A stretch of 64,000 bases of DNA from Clostridia bacterium (lineage in GTDB: Bacteria; Bacillota; Clostridia; Christensenellales; DTU072). The stretch lies in assembly GCA_017504305.1 (NCBI GenBank), contig JAFVRJ010000001.1, positions 13,562-77,561 of the forward strand, given 5' to 3'. The translations under genes were made by a program, and so were the position numbers. Position 1 is the stretch's first letter, and each line of letters opens with the position of its first letter. Positions 34,385-41,631 of the stretch are shown here, one piece after another. The notes under the pieces were generated by a model, which worked only from the letters and a program-made list of their open reading frames with translations, ran no database searches and was not told the origin of the DNA.

Positions 34385-35660
34385 ATTGCTCCTCTATTCT
34401 TACTACGGCGCTCTTTGCGTGAGCGGTTAGACCTTCCTTTTTTGCAAAGTATTCCACCTCTCTTGCGACTTTAGCAAGAGCCTCTTTGTCGTAATAAATG
34501 TATTGCGTTTTTTTAATAAAATCGTCTACCGATAGTGGGCTCGAAAACCTTGCCGTACCACTTGTGGGTAGAGTGTGGTTGGGACCAGCATAGTAGTCGC
34601 CGAGTGCTTCGGGACAATATCTACCGAGGAATACCGAACCTGCGTTACGAATAAGCGGTAGATAATCCATTGCGTTATCTATAGATACCTCGAGATGCTC
34701 GGGCGCTATAGCGTTGGCAACCTCGATTGCTCCCGTTAAATCCTTTGTTACAATTATTTTGCCGTTATTGTCTATGGATGCGCGAGCGATTTCCGACCTT
34801 TCAAGTAAGGGTATCTGCTTTTCGAGTTCTTGGGATACTAAAGTGGCAAATTCATAACTATCGGTTACCAAAACCGCCGATGCCATCTTGTCGTGTTCGG
34901 CTTGTGAAAGCAGGTCCGCCGCAATTACTTTTGCGTTGGATTTATTGTCCGCAATAACCATAATTTCGCTTGGTCCTGCGATCATATCTATACTTACCTT
35001 GCCGTAAACTTGTTTTTTGGCTTCTGCTACAAAAGCGTTGCCGGGGCCGACTATAACGTCAGCTTGCGGAATAGTTTCGGTACCGTATGCAAGAGCGGCG
35101 ATGGCTTGAGCGCCACCCACTTTATATATTTCATCCACTCCCGCAACGTAGGCTGATGCAAGTATAACGGGATTAACTTTACCATCCTTGCCGGGAGGCG
35201 TTACCATAACGATACGACCAACTCCTGCAATTTTTGCAGGTATTGCGTCCATAAGAACGGTGGAGGGGTACGCCGCCGTTCCACCCGGCACATATATGCC
35301 GGCTACCGCCATCGGTATTACCTTTTGCCCGACTATTACGCCACCCTCTTTTTTAAGCTCAAATCCCTCTCTTTTTTGGCAAGAGTGGTACTCCTTAATG
35401 TTGTTAGCAGCCTTTTTGAGTATCTCTAAAAACTTGGGTTCCGTTTGGGCAAGCGCTTCATCTATTTCCGCGCCCGTTACCTTAATATCCTCAAGTAACA
35501 CTTTATCAAACTTTAAAGTGTACTCCTTAATCGCTTTATCGCCACCGCTCCTAACGTTTGCGATTATTTCCGCAACTATAGCCGATAGGTCTTTCTTTTC
35601 CTCTACCGCAGTAAATATTTCCTTACGGTTGGTTAAGTTGTCGTTGTAAATTTTTATCAT
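34377..35660 (-). CDS. hisD: histidinol dehydrogenase
   Basis: YVPGGTAAYPSTVLM...GPGNAFVAEAK...GPSEI...SQAEHD...APEHLE...GDYYAGPNHTLPT. Confidence 0.95.
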   Translation of the reverse strand: MIKIYNDNLTNRKEIFTAVEEKKDLSAIVAEIIANVRSGGDKAIKEYTLKFDKVLLEDIKVTGAEIDEALAQTEPKFLEILKKAANNIKEYHSCQKREGFELKKEGGVIVGQKVIPMAVAGIYVPGGTAAYPSTVLMDAIPAKIAGVGRIVMVTPPGKDGKVNPVILASAYVAGVDEIYKVGGAQAIAALAYGTETIPQADVIVGPGNAFVAEAKKQVYGKVSIDMIAGPSEIMVIADNKSNAKVIAADLLSQAEHDKMASAVLVTDSYEFATLVSQELEKQIPLLERSEIARASIDNNGKIIVTKDLTGAIEVANAIAPEHLEVSIDNAMDYLPLIRNAGSVFLGRYCPEALGDYYAGPNHTLPTSGTARFSSPLSVDDFIKKTQYIYYDKEALAKVAREVEYFAKKEGLTAHAKSAVVRIEEQYE

Positions 35661-36292
35661 ACGTTCTCCGTTTGCTCCTTTAAGCTTAAACGAATCTTCT
35701 CTATTAGATCTCCCTTGAATTTGTATCCCGCTTTGTTCGCTATAAGCCTTGCGCTTATCGCCTCGAACTTGTCGATAACTTCAAGGTCGTTTTCTTTGAG
35801 GGTGGTACCCGTTTCCACTATATCGACTATTACGTCCGACAACCCGAGTATAGGTGCAATTTCAATCGAACCGTTTAGCGTTATGATGTCGATATCTCTG
35901 CCCTGCGCCGAATAATAACTCTTTGCTACGTTGGTAAATTTGGTAGCTACCGTCAACGTGCGATTGCGATCGTCTACAAAATCCTTTTTGCCGGCTACCG
36001 CCATATGACACTTGCCTACCTTAAGATCAAGAAGCTCGTATACGTCGGGATTGTATTCCATAAGAATATCCTTGCCTACTACCCCCACGTCAGCAGCTCC
36101 ACGCTCTACGTAAATAGCTACGTCCGAGGGCTTAACCCAAAAGTATCTTACTCCCTTTTCTTCATTTTCAAATATAAGCTTGCGACTCCCTTCTTTTATG
36201 GACGGACACTCGAAGCCCGCCTTCTCGAACATCGCATATACCTTTTCGCCAAGCCTGCCTTTGGGAAGTGCTACGTTTAAAGTTTTTGCCAT
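35657..36292 (-). CDS. hisG: ATP phosphoribosyltransferase, short (HisZ-dependent) form
   Basis: MAKTLNVALPKGRL...DVGVVGKD...DIVETGTTLKEN. I chose the start at 36292 (GGAGGTG RBS); the track ORF start at 36340 is inside hisZ. Confidence 0.92.
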   Translation of the reverse strand: MAKTLNVALPKGRLGEKVYAMFEKAGFECPSIKEGSRKLIFENEEKGVRYFWVKPSDVAIYVERGAADVGVVGKDILMEYNPDVYELLDLKVGKCHMAVAGKKDFVDDRNRTLTVATKFTNVAKSYYSAQGRDIDIITLNGSIEIAPILGLSDVIVDIVETGTTLKENDLEVIDKFEAISARLIANKAGYKFKGDLIEKIRLSLKEQTENV

Positions 36293-36293
36293 A

Positions 36294-37223
36294 TTACACC
36301 TCCTTGCCAAGCTTAAACAGCTCGTCGAGATATACCGCAAAACCTATCGCTTTGGATTTGCGTCCCATCTTCTTCATAAGATTGTCGTACTCTCCGCCGG
36401 AAAGAACACTCTGCGGAATACCCTCTACAAAACCGTTGAACGCCACTCCGTTATAGTACTTTAGGGTGTTGATAACGGAAAAATCTATTACCAATCTATC
36501 ACCGTACCCTCTATCTTCAAGGGTTTTTACAACCTCTTTGAGTTCTTCAACGGCAATCGAAGTGGCATCGTTGATTTTGAACGCATCGAGCGTGCTTAAA
36601 ACTTTATTGGGAGCTCCGCATACGTTAACAAGGTTTAAGATTACCTCCGTTTGCTCGGCGGTTAAACCTGCTTGCTCGCAAATCTTTAAGATGCCTCCAC
36701 GGTTTTTTGCGCCAAGATATCTGGTCAGCTCTTTAGCAAGCGTTCCATTGATGCCGTACTCGTCCAACACGCCCTTTATGACGTCAAGGTGAGATACCGC
36801 AAGAGCAACGTTTTTGCCTATTACCTCAAGACTCTTTAACGCAAGTTCCAACACCTCGGTAACCGATGCTTGATCAATAGCACCTTGACACTCTATGCCA
36901 ACTTGCATAATCTCTTTGAACGAGCGAGTTCCCTTGGATACTCTATAAACGTTCTCGTTATAGTAAACCTTCATTAACCCATCGCCGTCTTTGCCGTTTT
37001 TGATAATCGATAAGGTTACGTCCGGCTTAAGAGCCATCAACCTACCATCCGTGTCGGTAAAAGTGATTACCGAGTCGGATACCAAAAAATCTTTGTTGCG
37101 GACGTATAGGTCGTACTCCTCGAACTTGCTCATTTTATATTGTGCGTATCCAAACTTTGCATATAAAGAACGCAAGGTCAAAGCAACGACTTCTTCTTTG
37201 GATAAAACGGATTGAAAGTCCAT
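36294..37223 (-). CDS. hisZ: ATP phosphoribosyltransferase regulatory subunit
   Basis: A 309-aa HisRS-like paralog lacking an anticodon-binding domain. It sits immediately upstream of the short hisG. Confidence 0.85.
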   Translation of the reverse strand: MDFQSVLSKEEVVALTLRSLYAKFGYAQYKMSKFEEYDLYVRNKDFLVSDSVITFTDTDGRLMALKPDVTLSIIKNGKDGDGLMKVYYNENVYRVSKGTRSFKEIMQVGIECQGAIDQASVTEVLELALKSLEVIGKNVALAVSHLDVIKGVLDEYGINGTLAKELTRYLGAKNRGGILKICEQAGLTAEQTEVILNLVNVCGAPNKVLSTLDAFKINDATSIAVEELKEVVKTLEDRGYGDRLVIDFSVINTLKYYNGVAFNGFVEGIPQSVLSGGEYDNLMKKMGRKSKAIGFAVYLDELFKLGKEV

Positions 37224-37501
37224 TACTTATTTTCCTCCAAAACCAATTTATAACCGCCCTTGCCATAGTTAACGCATTTGCTAACACGGCTGATAGTTGC
37301 CGTCGATGCGCCGGTAGTCTTTATTATTTCTTGATAGTTTGCCCCTTTTGACAAAAGCTTTGCAACCTCAAGACGTTGGGAAATCGACTCGATTTCCTTG
37401 ATAGTAAAAACGTCTTCAAAAAACTTACGGCAGTCGTCAACGTCTTTGAGCTTCAAAATTGCTTCAAAAAGTTCGTCGTATTTTTCAATTGAAAATCCCA
37501 T
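37223..37501 (-). CDS. TrpR-like YerC/YecD family protein, probable his-operon repressor (HisR-like)
   Basis: The 92-aa protein has SQRLEVAKLLSKGANYQEIIKTTGASTATISRVSKCVNYGKGGY, the YerC/YecD signature. TAATG coupling to hisZ, with a GAGG RBS. Confidence 0.75.
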   Translation of the reverse strand: MGFSIEKYDELFEAILKLKDVDDCRKFFEDVFTIKEIESISQRLEVAKLLSKGANYQEIIKTTGASTATISRVSKCVNYGKGGYKLVLEENK

Positions 37502-37531
37502 GTTTTACCTCACTAAAGTGGATTGAGTTTA

Positions 37532-37560
37532 AGTTTAGCACGCTAAAGCATAAAAGTCAA
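37532..37560 (-). promoter_or_regulatory. his operon promoter with overlapping palindromic operator
   Basis: On the minus strand: TTGACT (37560-37555), a 17-nt spacer and TAAACT (37537-32). The palindrome TTTAGC-NN-GCTAAA (37534-37547) spans the spacer and the -10. A second CACTTTAGTG is next to the RBS. Confidence 0.55.
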
Positions 37561-37598
37561 CACTTTTTATATAATTTGTCGCGCGTGCGAGCGTGATA

Positions 37599-37627
37599 TT
37601 GATTTATAGGTCAATCTATGTTAAAAT
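37599..37627 (+). promoter_or_regulatory. putative sigma-A promoter of the flavoprotein gene
   Basis: TTGATT (37599-37604), a 17-nt spacer and TAAAAT (37622-37627). Confidence 0.5.
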
Positions 37628-37648
37628 GGTTTGGTCAGGAGGCAAATT

Positions 37649-39001
37649 ATGAAGATTTTAGTATTAAACGGCAGTCCTAAAGGTAAATGGAGCGTAACGT
37701 TACAAACTACTCGATTTTTAAAGCTCACTTACCCCGAGCACGAGTGGGAAGTACTTAACGTAGGCGCACAAATCAAAGCTCTCGAAAAGGATTTTTCGCG
37801 CGCAAAAGAAGCCCTCGAAAACGCCGAGCTTATAGTGTTTTCCTACCCTGTATACACCTTTATCGCGCCCTATCAACTACACCGCTTTATTGAGCTTATT
37901 AAGCTAAATGAGGTATCCGTTGGCGGTAAGATAGCTACCCAAATTAGCACGTCAAAGCATTTTTACGACGTTACCGCACATAGGTATATCGAAGATAATT
38001 GCGCTGACCTTGGCTTAAATTACGTTCGCGGTTTAAGTGCCGATATGGACGATCTTTTGACCACAAAAGGTCAAGGGGAAGCTAAAGCCTTTTTCGAGCG
38101 CGTTTTATGGTCTATCGAGCAAGGCGTATACGAAAAACCTTCCGTTCAAAATCTGCCCTTTACCCCCGTCAAGGCGACCTTCCCCGAAGCTTGCACCTTG
38201 GAAGCGCGCCCCGGTGACGTGGTTGTTATTACCGATGCGACCGAAAAGGATGAGAACTTAAATAATATGATCACTCGGTTACGCGTCAACTGCAAAAAGG
38301 CGGTGCGCGTTGTAAATATTTCGGAGTATCCTTTTAAGGGCGGTTGTCTTGGTTGCTTCAACTGCGCTGTAAGCGGTAAGTGTATCTACAAGGACGGCTT
38401 TGACGAGTTCTTGCGTAACACCATCCAAAAGGCCGATGCCATCGTTATTGCGTTTGGCATCAAGGACCACTCGATGGGCACCACCTTTAAGCTGTACGAT
38501 GACAGACAGTTCTGCAACGGCCACCGCACCGTAACTATGGGCATGCCCATGGGTTATCTTGTAAGCGGTAACCTCCAAAATGAAGAAAACCTAAAGACCA
38601 TTATCGAAGCTCGCGCTCAGGTTGGCGGTAACTTCCTTGCCGGAGTCGCAACCGACGAGGTAAATCCCGATAAGGAAATCGATGATCTTTGCCGTTCGTT
38701 AGAGCATGCTCTCGACACCAAATACTGCCCTCCCCAAAACTTCTACGGCATCGGTGGCATGAAGATCTTCCGCGACCTTATCTACCAAATGCAAGGATTA
38801 ATGAAGGCCGACCATAAATTCTACAAGGCACACGGCCAATACGACTTCCCGCAAAAGAAAAAAGGCAGGATGATAGCTATGTACTTTGTCGGCTGGTTGC
38901 TATCAAGCGAAAAAATCAAATCAAAAATGGGCAACGCCATGAACGAAGGTATGTTAATGCCCTATGAAAAGCTGTTTAAGAAGCTCGAAAAGACAAAATA
39001 A
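37649..39001 (+). CDS. flavodoxin-fold NAD(P)H-dependent oxidoreductase / iron-sulfur flavoprotein-like, duplicated-domain protein
   Basis: MKILVLNGSPKGKWSVT...LIVFSYPVY is the flavodoxin-like FMN reductase pattern. The second half has GGCLGCFNCAVSGKC and ADAIVIAFG. Start at 37649 (AGGAGG RBS). Confidence 0.65.
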   Translation: MKILVLNGSPKGKWSVTLQTTRFLKLTYPEHEWEVLNVGAQIKALEKDFSRAKEALENAELIVFSYPVYTFIAPYQLHRFIELIKLNEVSVGGKIATQISTSKHFYDVTAHRYIEDNCADLGLNYVRGLSADMDDLLTTKGQGEAKAFFERVLWSIEQGVYEKPSVQNLPFTPVKATFPEACTLEARPGDVVVITDATEKDENLNNMITRLRVNCKKAVRVVNISEYPFKGGCLGCFNCAVSGKCIYKDGFDEFLRNTIQKADAIVIAFGIKDHSMGTTFKLYDDRQFCNGHRTVTMGMPMGYLVSGNLQNEENLKTIIEARAQVGGNFLAGVATDEVNPDKEIDDLCRSLEHALDTKYCPPQNFYGIGGMKIFRDLIYQMQGLMKADHKFYKAHGQYDFPQKKKGRMIAMYFVGWLLSSEKIKSKMGNAMNEGMLMPYEKLFKKLEKTK

Positions 39002-39111
39002 AGAGTTTTACTCTTTAAATCGGATGCAGTAGCTCCAAATTATATTGACTTAAAGTGCACTTTAATGTAATATTTATATGGTGCGCTTTTTTTGCGCCCT
39101 TAAGAGGTAAT

Positions 39112-39996
39112 ATGAACAAATTATTTACTACAAACTACACCGAAGAACGTCGAAAGATCGTTAGGATCGCACATATTGTTTACGGTGCTTTGCTAACGCT
39201 ATGGACGATTGCGGTAGGCGTGCTGTTTATCGTATCTTGCGTAGGCGTTTTTAAGTCGGCGGAAGTATCCCCCTTTACCGTGGAGGCTATAGACGCTCAC
39301 TTTACCAAAATCGCCGTACCGGTAATAATACTGCCTTGCCTAATCGTTGCGGGCTTTATCCTCAACCTTTTATTCCCCTTGGAACAAAAGAGCAAAACCG
39401 GTACCGATACCAAAAAAGCACTTGCTTCTCTTGCACAAAAGGTAAACCTTGAAAATGTAGATTCGGGTGCCAAAAAGTGTGCAATTAGGGAACGTAACTT
39501 CCGTTTGATAGTATCCGTTGCCGTTGTCGTTGTCGCGATATGCGCTATAGTTATATCGTGTGTATTCGCCTTTGATGCAAGTCGCTATAGTGGCGAGGAG
39601 GTAAATAAGTCGGTTGCCAACCTTACCCTTGTAGTATTACCTTCCGCTATTGTCGCTTTCCTATTTTATTACGGTGCGGAAATCGCTAAAAAGGTAAGTA
39701 GACAAAGGGAGCTTGCGCTTCTCAAAGAGTGTGTAAAAAAGGATAGCTCTTGTCTTGCGAAAAAGGGCGAAAACGTACCTACTTACGAACATAAGATTGT
39801 TGCTAAAACGCGTGAAATTTACAATAAGGTTTTCTCCTTCTTTATCCGCAACGGTAAGTGGACTTTGCTTGCTACTCGCGTAGTTGTTTTGGTTGTCGCG
39901 GTAGTATTTATCGCGCTCGGCATCGTTAACGGCGGTATGGCCGACGTTCTTGGTAAGGCGGTGCGTATTTGCACAGAGTGTATAGGATTGGGTTAA
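39112..39996 (+). CDS. polytopic membrane protein with C-terminal CXXC tail (CTECIGLG)
   Basis: It has several TM helices and ends ...GGMADVLGKAVRICTECIGLG. This tail resembles the small clostridial CD1871A-type CXXC proteins as I recall them. Start at 39112. The stop is 4 nt before the next gene. Confidence 0.5.
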   Translation: MNKLFTTNYTEERRKIVRIAHIVYGALLTLWTIAVGVLFIVSCVGVFKSAEVSPFTVEAIDAHFTKIAVPVIILPCLIVAGFILNLLFPLEQKSKTGTDTKKALASLAQKVNLENVDSGAKKCAIRERNFRLIVSVAVVVVAICAIVISCVFAFDASRYSGEEVNKSVANLTLVVLPSAIVAFLFYYGAEIAKKVSRQRELALLKECVKKDSSCLAKKGENVPTYEHKIVAKTREIYNKVFSFFIRNGKWTLLATRVVVLVVAVVFIALGIVNGGMADVLGKAVRICTECIGLG

Positions 39997-40000
39997 TATT

Positions 40001-40930
40001 ATGAAGGAAAAATTATTAGGTTTTTATCAAAAGATTAAAAAATATTTGCCCAGCAAGCGTAGACTTATACAAATTTATTCTATGCTTTTGTTCAATGCAA
40101 ATATCAAGGGCTTTGTTACCGGCACCATTTACCAAGGTCCCCTTAAAAACGTTTGTACCCCCGGTTTAAACTGCTACTCTTGCCCCGGAGCAAGTATGGC
40201 TTGCCCCTTGGGTGCTTTGCAAAACGCTCTTATAGCGTCCGACAAGACCGTCCCCTATTATATGATAGGCATAATCTTGTTATACGGCTTTTTGTTCGGC
40301 AGATGGATTTGCGGTTTCCTTTGCCCCTTCGGCTTGGTGCAAGACCTTGTATATAAGATTAAATCACCCAAAGTTAAAAAAGGTCGCGTTACTCGCGCCT
40401 TTAGCGGTTTGAAATACGTCCTTTTACTACTTTTTGTAGTGGTTATCCCGCTCGCGTTTATCATTGAGGATAGTATTATTCCCGCTTTCTGTAAGTATAT
40501 TTGCCCGGCCGGTACGCTTGGCGGTGCAATAGGTTTACTTTCTAACCCCGCAAACACCAATCTATTGACCATGCTCGGCGGATTATTCACTTGGAAGTTT
40601 GCAGTTCTTGTTGTAATAATGGTAGCTTGCGTGTTTATGTACCGCTTCTTCTGCCGTTTTATTTGCCCTCTCGGCGCATTATATAGCTTGTTTAATAAGA
40701 TCGCTCTGTTTGGTATTACCTACGATAAATCGAGCTGTATCGACTGCGGAAAGTGCGTAACACATTGTAAAATGGATATTCATCACGTAGGCGATCGCGA
40801 GTGTATCAACTGCGGTGAATGCATACCCGTTTGCCCCACCAAGGCTATACAATGGAAAGGTGGTAAGTTCTTGCTACACAAAAACGAAATTGATGCTCCC
40901 GTAGCTCAAAAGGAGGCCGAAAATGACTAA
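40001..40930 (+). CDS. membrane-bound 4Fe-4S polyferredoxin (NapH/MauN/YccM-like)
   Basis: Four CxxxCP-type motifs sit in or near TM helices (CYSCPGASMACPLG, CGFLCPFG, CKYICPAG, CRFICPLG). Two ferredoxin motifs follow: CIDCGKCVTHC and CINCGECIPVCP. Confidence 0.8.
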   Translation: MKEKLLGFYQKIKKYLPSKRRLIQIYSMLLFNANIKGFVTGTIYQGPLKNVCTPGLNCYSCPGASMACPLGALQNALIASDKTVPYYMIGIILLYGFLFGRWICGFLCPFGLVQDLVYKIKSPKVKKGRVTRAFSGLKYVLLLLFVVVIPLAFIIEDSIIPAFCKYICPAGTLGGAIGLLSNPANTNLLTMLGGLFTWKFAVLVVIMVACVFMYRFFCRFICPLGALYSLFNKIALFGITYDKSSCIDCGKCVTHCKMDIHHVGDRECINCGECIPVCPTKAIQWKGGKFLLHKNEIDAPVAQKEAEND

Positions 40931-41561
40931 ACAACGCATTTTACAAATTGTTGTAATAGTACTTATGGTTGCCCTTTTGACCGGCGCATTGGTTTACTAT
41001 AACGCTATCGATAAAATACCGACCACAGATTTTGAAGAAGATAGTGGTGACGATACTACCGATACTCCCCCCGGTCCTGACGACGACTTTATACAACCGC
41101 CCACCGGCAATACCGTTGGAAAAACCTGCATTACTTACACCATGCGTAACGTCTTTGGAAGCGAAACTACCAATATTTCAGACCTTCGCGGTAAAGTGGT
41201 TGTACTTAACTTCTGGGGCACTTGGTGTGGCCCTTGCAAGGCGGAGCTTCCCTATTTTAACCAGCTTGCATCGGAGTATCCTGATGACGTTGCGGTAATA
41301 GCCGTACATACCAAATATCTTGAAAATACCGCCGAAGATTACGTTACAACCACCTATCCGGGCTCTAAAATGATATGGACTTTTGACGATACTTTAAGCG
41401 GTAACGTTGATAAGTATTACACTCGCCTTGGCGGGGTTGGGACCTATCCTATGACGGTAATAGTTGATGCCCGCGGTGTTATCACACACCATATCGTAAA
41501 ATCCATCCACTCCTACGACGAGCTTAAAGGCTACGCTTTGGAGGCAATGGCGCAAGAGTAA
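40923..41561 (+). CDS. membrane-anchored TlpA/ResA-family thiol:disulfide oxidoreductase
   Basis: N-terminal TM anchor, an acidic linker, VVVLNFWGTWCGPCKAELP (WCGPC active site) and YPMTVIVD. It overlaps the polyferredoxin gene by 8 nt. Confidence 0.85.
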   Translation: MTKQRILQIVVIVLMVALLTGALVYYNAIDKIPTTDFEEDSGDDTTDTPPGPDDDFIQPPTGNTVGKTCITYTMRNVFGSETTNISDLRGKVVVLNFWGTWCGPCKAELPYFNQLASEYPDDVAVIAVHTKYLENTAEDYVTTTYPGSKMIWTFDDTLSGNVDKYYTRLGGVGTYPMTVIVDARGVITHHIVKSIHSYDELKGYALEAMAQE

Positions 41562-41584
41562 ACACCGGATAGGTTTTAAGGCAC

Positions 41585-41616
41585 AAAAAAAGCAAGGCTC
41601 TACGCCTTGCTTTTTC
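41585..41616. terminator. bidirectional rho-independent terminator between convergent genes
   Basis: AAAAAA-AGCAAGGC-TCTAC-GCCTTGCT-TTTT. Confidence 0.75.
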
Positions 41617-41631
41617 ATTGTGTGGTTGCGC

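Noticed and set aside
37581-37610. A third copy of the CGCACGCTCGC/ATTGATAT repeat seen at 23950 and 24375.
   Set aside because: It shares only GC-core composition (GCGCGTGCGAGCG, partly inverted) and GATATTGAT, which is too weak to call homologous. The TTGATT here is better explained as a -35 box.
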